Shown here piece after piece: positions 32,497 to 41,853 of a stretch of DNA of 64,000 nucleotides (within the stretch, counting starts at the first letter, position 1; the number at the start of each line of letters is the position of its first letter). Location of the stretch: contig JACKOP010000003.1 of NCBI GenBank assembly GCA_024234165.1, positions 577,809 through 641,808 of the forward strand, written 5' to 3'. A model generated the notes under the pieces. It made no database searches. It was not told the DNA's origin and saw only the letters and a program-made list of their open reading frames with translations. A program made the translations under genes and the position numbers. This DNA is from Pseudomonadales bacterium. GTDB lineage: Bacteria; Pseudomonadota; Gammaproteobacteria; Pseudomonadales; UBA5518.

Positions 32497-33720
32497 ATGG
32501 CAGTAGGCGCAGCCTCCCGCTTTCCGCTCGCCCCGGTGCAGGGCGTGCGCCTCGGTAGCGCCTGCGCCGGCATCCGCAAGCCGGGTCGCCGCGACCTGGT
32601 GATCCTCGAACTGGCTCCGGGCAGTCGCGTTGCTGCACGGTTCACGCGCAACGCCTTTTGCGCCGCACCGGTGACGGTGGCTCGCGAACATCTTGCGACG
32701 GCCGCCGGAGTACGCCATCTGCTGATCAATACCGGCAATGCCAACGCAGGTACCGGTGAGCGCGGGATACAGGACGCCCGCGCGTGCTGTGACGCGCTTG
32801 CGGATCTCGTGGCGCTGACACCGCAAGCCGTCCTCCCGTTCTCGACCGGCGTGATCGGCGAGCCACTGCCGACCGCCCGTGTGATTGCGGGGTTGTCGCA
32901 GGCGCTGGCGGCGCTGGATGCCGAAGGCTGGCAAATGGCAGCCGAAGGCATCATGACCACCGATACACGGCCCAAGGGAGCCAGCCGTCGTGTGCGTATC
33001 GGCACGTCCGCGGTGACGGTCAGCGGCATCGCGAAGGGGGCGGGCATGATCCGTCCCGACATGGCGACGATGCTCGCCTTCGTTGCGACGGACGCCACGG
33101 TCGATCCGGCGCTGCTCGATGCGCTGCTCGGGCGCGCGGTGGACGCCAGCTTCAACGCGATCACGGTCGATGGTGACACGTCGACCAATGACGCCTGCGT
33201 GCTGGTTGCAACCGGTGCGGCCGGCGCACCGCCGATCCGCTCGATCACGGATGCTGGCGCGATGGAATTGGCGGCGGCACTCGAGGAAGTCTGCCTGGAA
33301 CTCGCGCAGGCGATCGTGCGCGACGCCGAGGGTGCGACGAAATTCGTCGAGGTGATGGTGCGGGGTGGGCTCGACGTCGCGGAGTGCCGGCGTGCCGCGT
33401 ATGCAGTCGCCGAGTCGCCGCTGGTGAAGACGGCGCTGTTTGCCAGCGATCCGAACTGGGGGCGCATTCTCGCTGCGGTCGGGCGCGCCGGCGTTGCCGG
33501 ACTGGATGTCGCGCGAGTGGCCATCGATCTCGACGAGGTGCCGATCGTGCGTGGCGGGGCGCGTGATCCTGCCTATACCGAGGCTGATGGACAGCGCGTG
33601 ATGGCGCGTGAGGAGATCCGGATCGTGATCGATCTTGGTCGTGGCGCGGCGTCGGCGAGCGTGTGGACCAGCGACCTTTCGCACGACTACGTGCGCATCA
33701 ACGCCGAATACCGTACCTGA
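32497..33720 (+). CDS. argJ: Bifunctional glutamate N-acetyltransferase / amino-acid acetyltransferase
   Basis: The ATG at 32497 inside ORF 31978..33720. The autoprocessing site [11 protein letters not shown] is present. 407 aa. Confidence 0.93.
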   Translation: MAVGAASRFPLAPVQGVRLGSACAGIRKPGRRDLVILELAPGSRVAARFTRNAFCAAPVTVAREHLATAAGVRHLLINTGNANAGTGERGIQDARACCDALADLVALTPQAVLPFSTGVIGEPLPTARVIAGLSQALAALDAEGWQMAAEGIMTTDTRPKGASRRVRIGTSAVTVSGIAKGAGMIRPDMATMLAFVATDATVDPALLDALLGRAVDASFNAITVDGDTSTNDACVLVATGAAGAPPIRSITDAGAMELAAALEEVCLELAQAIVRDAEGATKFVEVMVRGGLDVAECRRAAYAVAESPLVKTALFASDPNWGRILAAVGRAGVAGLDVARVAIDLDEVPIVRGGARDPAYTEADGQRVMAREEIRIVIDLGRGAASASVWTSDLSHDYVRINAEYRT

Positions 33721-33726
33721 GTGGTG

Positions 33727-34125
33727 ATGTTGCGCGTCGCCGTCGGCGTGATCGGCAACGCGGCTGGCGAGGTGCTGGTCGCGTTGCGCCACGCACACCT
33801 GCACCAGGGCGGTCTGTGGGAGTTTCCGGGTGGCAAGATCGCCGACGGCGAGAGCGTCGAAGCAGCGCTTGCCCGCGAGCTGCACGAGGAGCTCGGTATC
33901 CGCGTCGAAAGCGCGCAGCCCTTGCTCACGGTTCGGCACGCTTATCCCGACCGTTCGGTGGAGCTGCATGTGTGGCGCGTGACCGCGTTCGCCGGCGATG
34001 TGCGCGGGCGCGAAGGTCAACCGCTGCGCTGGGTGGCAGTACATCACCTCGATCCCTTCGACTTTCCCGCTGCCGACCGTCCGATCATCGAAGCCCTGTG
34101 CCGGTCCGATACTGCGGCGGATTGA
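33727..34125 (+). CDS. mutT: 8-oxo-dGTP diphosphatase (Nudix)
   Basis: Nudix box GGKIADGESVEAALARELHEELGI. The ATG at 33727 gives an MLRVAVGVIGN N-terminus that resembles E. coli MutT. GTG 33721 is the alternative. Confidence 0.85.
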   Translation: MLRVAVGVIGNAAGEVLVALRHAHLHQGGLWEFPGGKIADGESVEAALARELHEELGIRVESAQPLLTVRHAYPDRSVELHVWRVTAFAGDVRGREGQPLRWVAVHHLDPFDFPAADRPIIEALCRSDTAAD

Positions 34126-34233
34126 GCGCCAGCGTCACCCGAAGTCGAACAGCACCGGCATTGCGCCCGTGGCGGCGGACGCTACCATGGGCGCAGCTTG
34201 CCCTTGAACCGCAAACACCCGGGAGGATCTGCA

Positions 34234-35559
34234 ATGGCGTGGGATTTCAGTACCGATGCGGATTTCGAGCGTGACCTCGCGTGGGTGCGCGGGTTCGTCG
34301 ATGAGACCGTGATACCGCTGGAGATCGCGGGCGAGGGCTTGAACCAGCGCCAGCTCGACGTGCTCTGGGCACCGTTCAAGCAGCAGGTGAAGGAGCGCGG
34401 GCTGTGGGCGGCGCATCTGCCGCCAGAGCACGGCGGTGGCGGCATGGGGCAGCTCCGTCTGGCGCTGTTGCAGGAGGTGCTCGGGCGCAGCGTGCTCGCG
34501 CCGGAGATTTTCGGCTGTCAGGCGCCCGATTCCGGTAACGCCGAACTGCTTGCTGCCGGTGCCAACGAGGAGCAGGCCATACGCTGGCTGGAGCCGCTGC
34601 TCGCAGGGCGAGTGCGCAGTACTTTCGCGTTGACCGAGCCAGGCAATAGCGGTTCCGACCCGACCGGGATCACGACGCGTTGCGAGCGCGACGGCGACGA
34701 ATGGGTGATCAACGGACGCAAGTGGTTCGCATCGAACTCCAGCGTCTCGGATTTCATGCTCGTGATGGCAGTGACCGACCCCGCAGCACCACTGCACCGG
34801 CGCGCGGCGATGCTGGTCGTGCCGTGCCGTCATCCCGGCGTCGAACTGTTGCGCGACGTCGGTTCGATGCATCACCCGTTCTCCGGTGACGGGTTGATGG
34901 ATCGCATCGGCGGGCACACCGAAGTGCAGTTCACGAACTGCCGCGTCCCGCTCGATCACATGATCGGTGAACCGGGCGATGGTTTCGTGCTGGCGCAGAA
35001 GCGCCTCGGTGGCGGGCGCATCCACCATGCGATGCGCTGCCTGGGGCAGGCCGCGCGCGCCTTCGAGATGATGTGCGAGCGCGCGGTTTCCCGTGTCACG
35101 CAGGGCAAGCCGCTCGGAAAGCACCAGATGGTGCAGGATATGATCGCCGAGTCGCACGCGGAACTGGAGATGGCGCGCCTGCTGGTGCTGCGCGCTGCCT
35201 GGCGCATGGATCAGAGCGGCGACTACAGCCGTGAGGCGCGCCGCGAGATCGCGCTGGTCAAGTTCGTCGTGCCGCGCACACTGCTCGCGATCATCGATCG
35301 CGCGATCCAGATCCACGGCGCCCTCGGCTATACCTCCGACCTGCCGCTCGAGGAGATGTACCGCACGGCACGTGCGCTGCGCATCGCCGACGGTGCCGAC
35401 GAGGTGCACAAGCAGACCGTCGTACGCGAACTGCTGCGCAACTGGGTCGCGGTCGAGCAGCCGAGCGAGTATATGCCTGCGCGGCGGCGGCGTGCGCAGG
35501 AGCTGTTCGGCGAGCGTGTGGGCGAGATCCGTGCCGGCGTGCCGGGGACGGTGTCATGA
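34234..35559 (+). CDS. Acyl-CoA dehydrogenase family protein, ACAD10/ACAD11-like
   Basis: The ATG at 34234 has a GGGAGGA Shine-Dalgarno upstream. 441 aa with an ACAD fold (FALTEPGNSGSDP, NGRKWFASN). The C-terminal motif is RIADGADEVH instead of the canonical YEGT(S/N)E. Confidence 0.85.
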   Translation: MAWDFSTDADFERDLAWVRGFVDETVIPLEIAGEGLNQRQLDVLWAPFKQQVKERGLWAAHLPPEHGGGGMGQLRLALLQEVLGRSVLAPEIFGCQAPDSGNAELLAAGANEEQAIRWLEPLLAGRVRSTFALTEPGNSGSDPTGITTRCERDGDEWVINGRKWFASNSSVSDFMLVMAVTDPAAPLHRRAAMLVVPCRHPGVELLRDVGSMHHPFSGDGLMDRIGGHTEVQFTNCRVPLDHMIGEPGDGFVLAQKRLGGGRIHHAMRCLGQAARAFEMMCERAVSRVTQGKPLGKHQMVQDMIAESHAELEMARLLVLRAAWRMDQSGDYSREARREIALVKFVVPRTLLAIIDRAIQIHGALGYTSDLPLEEMYRTARALRIADGADEVHKQTVVRELLRNWVAVEQPSEYMPARRRRAQELFGERVGEIRAGVPGTVS

Positions 35560-36596
35560 GCGAAGCGCCGGTGCTGAAGGGGATCGATCGCGAGCGCGTC
35601 GTCGACTGGCTGGCCCAGGAGTTACCCGACCTGGTGGTGCCGCTCAGCTTCCGGCTGATAGCTGCAGGTGGGTCGAATCTGACCTACCGCGTCGAGGATG
35701 CACGCGGCGCGGTGTTCGTGCTGCGTCGTCCGCCGGTGGCCGGAGCCCTCGCGACCGCCCACGACATGAGCCGCGAGTGGCGCATCATGCGCGCACTGGC
35801 TGCAAATGCACCTGCGGTTCCGGTGCCACGGCCACTCGCGTACTGTGCCGACGAGACGATCACGGGTGCGCAGTTCTATGCGATGAGCTTCGTCGATGGG
35901 CTGATCCTGCGTGATGCGGGTGCGGCCGCATCGCTCGATGCGGTGCAGGCGCGTGTGGCAATGCGCTCGCTGGTGGCGACACAGGCAGCACTGCACGCGC
36001 TGGATCCGGTGGCGATCGGTCTCGGCGACCTTGGTCGACACGAGGGCTATGTGGCACGCCAGCTGGCACGCTGGCGCCGCCAGGTGGAGGCATCGAAGAC
36101 GCGCGACCTGCCATTGCTCGAAACGCTGCACGAGCGGCTCAGCGCGCAGATCCCGGCACAGACGCGTCCGTCTGCGCTGGCGCACGGCGACTACCGCTTC
36201 GACAACACGGTGCTGGGTGCCGATCATCGCGTGTGCGCTGTGCTCGACTGGGAGCTGTGCACGATCGGTGATCCGGTAGCCGACTTCTACTGGTCGCTGA
36301 TGTACTGGGCAGAGCCGGGGGACGACATCACGCTGCTGCCGGACGCCCCTACTCGCCTGCCGCAGTTTCCGCGTCGTGCCGAGGTCGTCGCCTGCTACGA
36401 GGAATTCAGCGGTGTGCCGCTGGCCGATGCGGACTTCTTTGCGGCCTTCGGCTGGTGGAAGCAGGCCTGTATCGTCGAGGGGGTGTATGCGCGACTGGTC
36501 AAGGGGGCGAGTGGAGGCATGAAGACCGCACCGCCCGAGCAGGTGGCGCGGATCGTGGAGCGCTATCTGGAACGGGCAGCACGGCTGCTGGGCTGA
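35556..36596 (+). CDS. Phosphotransferase (APH / choline-kinase fold), ACAD-associated
   Basis: ATGA overlap with the preceding ACAD. Catalytic loop HGDYRFDN and metal-binding VLDWELCTIGDP. 346 aa. Confidence 0.85.
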   Translation: MSEAPVLKGIDRERVVDWLAQELPDLVVPLSFRLIAAGGSNLTYRVEDARGAVFVLRRPPVAGALATAHDMSREWRIMRALAANAPAVPVPRPLAYCADETITGAQFYAMSFVDGLILRDAGAAASLDAVQARVAMRSLVATQAALHALDPVAIGLGDLGRHEGYVARQLARWRRQVEASKTRDLPLLETLHERLSAQIPAQTRPSALAHGDYRFDNTVLGADHRVCAVLDWELCTIGDPVADFYWSLMYWAEPGDDITLLPDAPTRLPQFPRRAEVVACYEEFSGVPLADADFFAAFGWWKQACIVEGVYARLVKGASGGMKTAPPEQVARIVERYLERAARLLG

Positions 36597-36608
36597 GGAG
36601 CGCAGACC

Positions 36609-37022
36609 ATGATTGCGCACATTCCGCACCGGCGTGCCGCAGAAGAAGATGTGGAGATCGATCTCGCGCCGCTGCTCGATGTGGTCTTCATCATGCTGAT
36701 CTTCTTCATCGTGACCGCGTCCTTCGTGCGCGAGACGGGAATCGGCGTCGCGGGTGCGCCTGCGGCGGCCATGGAAGCCGATGCCGGGGAGCGCAGTCTG
36801 GTGCTGACTGTTGCGCACGACGATCAGATCTGGCTCGGCGCGCGCCGCATCGACGTGCGTTCGGTGCGCACCGCCCTTGAGCGCCTGCATGCGACCCGGC
36901 CGCAGGCCGGACTGGTCGTGCGTGCTCACGAGGATTCCGCTACCGGGGTGTTCGCGGCGATCGCTGACCAGGCGCGTGAAGCCGGCGTCTACGATGTCGC
37001 GATCACGACGTTCCGCGAGTGA
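36609..37022 (+). CDS. ExbD/TolR-family biopolymer transport protein (orphan)
   Basis: 137 aa. EIDLAPLLDVVFIMLIFFIVTASF is the ExbD/TolR TM signature. It starts 12 nt after the kinase stop. Confidence 0.8.
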   Translation: MIAHIPHRRAAEEDVEIDLAPLLDVVFIMLIFFIVTASFVRETGIGVAGAPAAAMEADAGERSLVLTVAHDDQIWLGARRIDVRSVRTALERLHATRPQAGLVVRAHEDSATGVFAAIADQAREAGVYDVAITTFRE

Positions 37023-37123
37023 GTTGCGGGGCCGGCGGCAGAATGCAGTCTCTGGCAAAAGCGTAACTTGCATCGCCGATGCCAGCCGTGGATAGTGCGG
37101 CGGAAAGCCTAGGAGGCATGCCA

Positions 37124-38248
37124 ATGATCACCAGCTTCGACGACTACTGCATCCACCAGACGCACGAGCCCGTAGCGCAGCCTTCGCAGAGCGATCGCAA
37201 TTTCTACGATCGCTACTGGTTCAACGGTTTCGATACCGCCGGGGCGTTCATATTCGAGGTCGGTCTCGGGCTGTATCCGAACCGGCGCGTGCTGGACGGC
37301 CATTTCAGCGTGGTGGTCGACGGCGTGCAGCACAGTTTCCACGGCTCCCGGCGCGCGCCGCACGAGCGCGCGCATACGGTGGTCGGTCCGTTCACGGTCG
37401 AGGTGATCGAACCGATGCGCCGCGTGCGCGTGCGCCTGCTGCCGAACGAGACCGGAATCGAGTGCGACCTGATGTTCGAGGCGCGCAGCGTGCCGACCGA
37501 GGAGCCGAAGAACGTCATGTATGATGACGGTCGCCTGATCATGCACAACAGCCGCTTCACGCAGTTCGGTTGCTGGCACGGGCACTTCGCGATCGAGGGG
37601 CGCCGTTACGAGGTGCGCCGGGAAAGCACCTTCGGGGCGCGCGACAAGTCGTGGGGTGTGCGACCGGTCGGTGAGCCCGAAGGCGGTGCGCCCGGGCTGA
37701 TGAACGGTGAGCCCGGCGTCTACTGGGTCTGGTCCCCGATCGATTTCGGCGATGTGTGCACGCAGTTCAACACATTCGAGGATCGTGACGGCAATCCGAC
37801 GCAACTCGCCGCGTGCATTCAACCGGTCTACGCAGCACCCGAGCTGGTGCCGCAGCAGGAAACCGCGTTGCGACACATGCAGACCGCGCGTCATCGCATC
37901 CATTGGCAGCAGGGAACGCGGCGCAGTCGCGCTGCCGAGTTCCACTTCGTGGAACACTCCGGCGAGGAACTGACGATCACGCTCGAACCACTGGTGGCGT
38001 TCCAGATGAAGGGGATCGGTTATTCGCACCCCGAATGGGGGCACGGGTTCTGGAAGGGCGAGGAAGCGATCACCGGCGAAACGTGGCGCCTGGATGCCAT
38101 CGATCCTCTCGAGTACAGCAGCATCCATGTGCACCAGATGGTGCGTGCGCGCATGGGGGATCGCGAAGGCGTGGGCACGCTGGAGACGATCTGCTTCGGG
38201 CGCCATGCACCGAGCGGATTCCGTACCTTCTTCGACGGTGCGCCCTGA
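37124..38248 (+). CDS. Hypothetical protein, no family recognised
   Basis: 374 aa. The ATG at 37124 lies 7 nt downstream of AGGAGG (37111-37116). GC3-rich codon usage is like its neighbours. I recognise no motifs with confidence (RDKSWGVRP, GYSHPEWGHGFW). Confidence 0.7.
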   Translation: MITSFDDYCIHQTHEPVAQPSQSDRNFYDRYWFNGFDTAGAFIFEVGLGLYPNRRVLDGHFSVVVDGVQHSFHGSRRAPHERAHTVVGPFTVEVIEPMRRVRVRLLPNETGIECDLMFEARSVPTEEPKNVMYDDGRLIMHNSRFTQFGCWHGHFAIEGRRYEVRRESTFGARDKSWGVRPVGEPEGGAPGLMNGEPGVYWVWSPIDFGDVCTQFNTFEDRDGNPTQLAACIQPVYAAPELVPQQETALRHMQTARHRIHWQQGTRRSRAAEFHFVEHSGEELTITLEPLVAFQMKGIGYSHPEWGHGFWKGEEAITGETWRLDAIDPLEYSSIHVHQMVRARMGDREGVGTLETICFGRHAPSGFRTFFDGAP

Positions 38249-38307
38249 GAGGCTGTCGCAAGAGCCTCTGATTGTCGGGGCAAGCAGCGCGCGACGATGC
38301 CTTCACA

Positions 38308-38337
38308 CCGCAGGGATGCCGTAATGCATCCCTGCGG
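38308..38337. repeat. Perfect 12-bp-stem hairpin in an intergenic spacer
   Basis: CCGCAGGGATGC-cgtaat-GCATCCCTGCGG. No U-tract follows on either strand. Confidence 0.6.
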
Positions 38338-38391
38338 CGCACGCCCCCCGACGCGAAGGTGTTGCCACGCGCGGACCTGATCTGGGCGCAG

Positions 38392-38409
38392 GTCGGCATT
38401 CATGCCGAC
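38392..38409. repeat. Solo REP-like palindrome, same family as the 63.4-kb array
   Basis: GTCGGCATTCATGCCGAC is identical to palindrome A of the array at 63411-63642. Confidence 0.7.
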
Positions 38410-38555
38410 GGGGTCGTGCCGTGTCTTTCGCCACGATCCCAACCAGTCGACATCCGGCTCGAATTGCCAATACGTCAGGATTCGTCGTGATCGCGGGGGT
38501 ATGCCGCCCCGGCGTGATGGTCGATAATCCGGACATCGACAGCCGGAGACTTGTC

Positions 38556-38822
38556 ATGCCGATCGACAGACTGCGTGCCGACTTGGTGCGCCTGCGCGAG
38601 GAAATCGCACGTACCGATAGCGCCGATGTGGCGCGGCTCGCGCGACTGCATCGGCTTGCGGAGAGCGTGCAGCACGAACTCGATGCGGAGAACCGCGTCG
38701 GCGATCCTGCTGGCCTGGTGGCCGAGTTCGAGGAGGCGCTGAGCGGCTTCGAGGCGCGCCATCCCAATCTGACGGCGATCGTCAACAGCATGCTGGTTAC
38801 GCTCGGCAACATGGGCGTCTGA
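38556..38822 (+). CDS. Small helical protein, DUF4404-like
   Basis: The ATG at 38556 inside ORF 38421..38822 gives 88 aa. The C-terminus HPNLTAIVNSMLVTLGNMGV resembles the DUF4404 family as I remember it. Confidence 0.55.
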   Translation: MPIDRLRADLVRLREEIARTDSADVARLARLHRLAESVQHELDAENRVGDPAGLVAEFEEALSGFEARHPNLTAIVNSMLVTLGNMGV

Positions 38823-38859
38823 GTCCGATTCACCTGCATCGCACCGGAGAGTCCCTGTC

Positions 38860-39834
38860 GTGACCGAACTGCGGTTCCGTTTCCGTCGTCTGCGTGGCAG
38901 CGAGCGCTTGCGTGCGCTGGTACGCGAGACCTCGCTTGCACCCTCGCAACTTATCCTGCCGGTATTCGTGGAGGAGGGCGCGAAGCGTGCCGTGCCGATT
39001 CCGAGCATGCCGGGCGTGGTGCGCCATACCGAGGCCGGGCTTGGCGAGGTCGTTGCACGTGCGCGCGATCTCGGTATCGGTGCGGTGATGCTGTTCGGCG
39101 TGTCGCAGCACAAGGACGCCTGTGGCAGCGACACCTGGAATCCGGAAGGGCTGATGGCGCGCATGATCCGTGGTGCCAGGCATGCGGCGCCCGACATGCT
39201 GGTGATCAGCGACAACTGTTTCTGCGAATACACCGATCATGGTCACTGCGGTGTGGTCGAGGGTGACCGGGTGCTGAACGACCCGACCGTTACGAATCTG
39301 GTGCGCCAGGTGCTGACCGCAGCGCATGCGGGTGTCGACATGATCGCTCCGTCGGGCATGATGGACGGGATGATCGCTGCAATCCGTGCCGGCCTCGACG
39401 GGGCCGGCTTTTCGCACCTGCCGGTGATGTCGTACTCGACCAAGTTCGCCTCGGCATTCTACGGTCCGTTCCGTGATGCGGTCGACAGCAGTTTCAAGGG
39501 CAACCGTGCCGCCTACCAGCTCGACGCAGCCAATGCCCGCGAAGCGCTCGCGGAATCACTGCGCGACGAGGAAGAGGGCGCCGATATCCTGATGGTCAAG
39601 CCGGGGCTCGCATATCTCGACGTGCTGGCCGCGATCCGTGCCCACTGTGCGCGCCCGCTCGCCGTCTACCAGGTCAGTGGGGAATACGCGATGATCAAGG
39701 CCGCAGCGGCAGCCGGATTGATGGACGAGCGTGCGCTGGTCATGGAGACCATGACCGCGTTCCGGCGCGCCGGCGCGGACATGATCCTCAGCTACTTTGC
39801 CGAGGACGTCGCGCGCTGGCTGCACCGCGGCTGA
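38860..39834 (+). CDS. hemB: Porphobilinogen synthase (delta-aminolevulinate dehydratase)
   Basis: GTG start with a GGAGAG Shine-Dalgarno. 324 aa. The active-site Lys regions are present (MVKPGLAYLDV, YQVSGEYAM). Confidence 0.93.
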   Translation: MTELRFRFRRLRGSERLRALVRETSLAPSQLILPVFVEEGAKRAVPIPSMPGVVRHTEAGLGEVVARARDLGIGAVMLFGVSQHKDACGSDTWNPEGLMARMIRGARHAAPDMLVISDNCFCEYTDHGHCGVVEGDRVLNDPTVTNLVRQVLTAAHAGVDMIAPSGMMDGMIAAIRAGLDGAGFSHLPVMSYSTKFASAFYGPFRDAVDSSFKGNRAAYQLDAANAREALAESLRDEEEGADILMVKPGLAYLDVLAAIRAHCARPLAVYQVSGEYAMIKAAAAAGLMDERALVMETMTAFRRAGADMILSYFAEDVARWLHRG

Positions 39835-39835
39835 A

Positions 39836-40012
39836 TCAGTCGTCGCTTCCGGAGTCCGGCTGACGGGTCGCGCTGGCCAGACGATCGACGCGTTCCGTGA
39901 GCCGTTCCAGCATCGCCTTGAGGTTGCGCTGGCGTTCGCCCATCTGTACCAGTTCCTCACGGATCAGCCACAGCAGCCAGGCGATCGCCACGAGCAGGAT
40001 CAGTTTGATCAT
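39836..40012 (-). CDS. Small membrane protein, 58 aa (below the ORF-track length cutoff)
   Basis: My translation: MIKLILLVAIAWLLWLIREELVQMGERQRNLKAMLERLTERVDRLASATRQPDSGSDD. A GAGGAG Shine-Dalgarno lies 6 nt upstream of the ATG at 40012. Codons are GC3-rich. It starts 22 nt downstream of the proS stop on the same strand. Confidence 0.55.
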   Translation of the reverse strand: MIKLILLVAIAWLLWLIREELVQMGERQRNLKAMLERLTERVDRLASATRQPDSGSDD

Positions 40013-40034
40013 CGTCTTCTCCTCGCTTTCGGGT

Positions 40035-41747
40035 TCAGTTCTGGATTATACGGTCACGCAGCAACTGCGCGATCGATGCAACCGGCACCTCCGCGCGTTC
40101 GCCTCCGGAGCGCTGCCGGTATTCGACCATGCCGTTCGCAAGCGAACGCTCGCCGATCACCACCTGATACGGAATCCCGATCAGCTCCATGTCGGCGAAC
40201 TTGACGCCGGGGCGCTCTTCGCGATCGTCGAGCAGCACGTCGATGCCGAGGGCGGTGAGATCCGCGTACAGCCGCTCGGCAGTTTCGCGTACGAGTGTCG
40301 ACTTCTGTGCATTCAGCGGTACGACTGCGACCGTGAACGGTGCGATCGCCCGGGGCCAAACGATGCCGGTGCCGTCATGGTTCTGCTCGATTGCCGCCGC
40401 GACGATACGGGAAACGCCGATGCCATAGCAGCCCATGATCAGGGTGCATTCGGCGCCAGTCTCGTCGAGCACGCGCGCGCCAAGCGCTGCGCTGTATTTG
40501 CGCCCGAGCTTGAAGATGTGCCCGACCTCGATGCCGCGACGTACCGTCAGGGTGCCCTGGTGGTCGGGGCTGGCATCGCCGTCGACCACGTTGCGCAGGT
40601 CGCAGACCTCGTCGTGGCTGCAGTCGCGTCCCCAGTTCACACCACACAGGTGGTAGCCATCGCGGTTTGCACCGCAGACGAAGTCGGACAGAACGGCAGC
40701 ACTGCGATCGGCGAGTACCGGAATGCCGATGCCCACCGGTCCCAGCGAACCCGGACGGCAGCCGAGCGTTGCGGTGATCGCAGCGTCGTCGGCGAGGCGC
40801 AGAGGCGTGGCGACCAGCGGATGTGCCTCGGCCTTGATTGCGTTCAACTGATGGTCGCCGCGTAATACCAGCGCCACCAACGGCGTCTCGGTGCCGATCA
40901 CGATCAGTGTCTTCAGCGTGCCTTGCGGAGTGACACTCAGGAACTCGCTGACGTCGGCGATCGTGTGCCTGCCCGGTGTCGCCACTTCGGTCAATGTCTC
41001 GCGCGGTTCTGCACGAGGCTCTGCCGGCGCAAGCGCTTCGGCCTTCTCGACGTTGGCGGCATAGTCGCCGGTATCACTGAACGCGATCGCGTCTTCGCCG
41101 GAGTCGGCAAGCACGTGGAACTCGTGTGACTCGCTGCCGCCGATGCTGCCGGTGTCGGCCACTACCGGGCGGTAGTCGAGCCCGATGCGATCGAAGATGC
41201 GGCAGTACGCACGGTGCATCTCACGGTAGGTCCGGTCCAGCGACTGCTCGTCGAGGTGGAAGGAATAGGCGTCCTTCATCACGAACTCACGCGCACGCAT
41301 CACGCCGAAGCGCGGGCGGATCTCGTCGCGAAACTTGGTCTGGATCTGGTAGAAGTTGACCGGCAACTGGCGGTAGCTGCGCAACTCGTTGCGTGCCAGG
41401 TCGGTGATCACTTCCTCGTGCGTGGGTCCGAGGCAGAAGGCGCGCTCGTGACGATCCGCGATGCGCAGCAGTTCCGGGCCATACTGCACCCAACGTCCTG
41501 ATTCCTGCCACAGTTCCGCCGGCTGCACCACCGGCATCAGGACTTCCTGCGCTCCGCTGCGGTCCATTTCCTCGCGCACGATACGCTCGACCTTACGCAA
41601 CACCCGCAGGCCCAGCGGGAGCCAGGTATAGAGGCCGGACGCCAGGCGGCGAATCATTCCTGCGCGCAACATCAGTTGGTGGCTGATCACCTCGGCGTCG
41701 GCCGGTGTCTGCTTCAGGGTGGCGATCAGGAGCTGGCTGGCGCGCAT
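40035..41747 (-). CDS. proS: Proline--tRNA ligase
   Basis: 570 aa, class II aaRS with the bacterial insertion domain. N-terminus [40 protein letters not shown]. Confidence 0.97.
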   Translation of the reverse strand: MRASQLLIATLKQTPADAEVISHQLMLRAGMIRRLASGLYTWLPLGLRVLRKVERIVREEMDRSGAQEVLMPVVQPAELWQESGRWVQYGPELLRIADRHERAFCLGPTHEEVITDLARNELRSYRQLPVNFYQIQTKFRDEIRPRFGVMRAREFVMKDAYSFHLDEQSLDRTYREMHRAYCRIFDRIGLDYRPVVADTGSIGGSESHEFHVLADSGEDAIAFSDTGDYAANVEKAEALAPAEPRAEPRETLTEVATPGRHTIADVSEFLSVTPQGTLKTLIVIGTETPLVALVLRGDHQLNAIKAEAHPLVATPLRLADDAAITATLGCRPGSLGPVGIGIPVLADRSAAVLSDFVCGANRDGYHLCGVNWGRDCSHDEVCDLRNVVDGDASPDHQGTLTVRRGIEVGHIFKLGRKYSAALGARVLDETGAECTLIMGCYGIGVSRIVAAAIEQNHDGTGIVWPRAIAPFTVAVVPLNAQKSTLVRETAERLYADLTALGIDVLLDDREERPGVKFADMELIGIPYQVVIGERSLANGMVEYRQRSGGERAEVPVASIAQLLRDRIIQN

Positions 41748-41853
41748 GCTGCTAGTATTCCGCGATATCCGGAGGTTGGGTTGGAGCAGCGGATTCTACG
41801 GCTACGGGTGATCAGCGTACAGGCGAAAACGACCGTGAAGAAGGGAAGGAACG

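Noticed and set aside
38272-38490. 72-aa ORF in the spacer after the 374-aa gene, and the upstream part of ORF 38421..38822.
   Set aside because: These frames are translations of the hairpin and REP palindrome. A plausible protein (DUF4404-like) starts only at ATG 38556.
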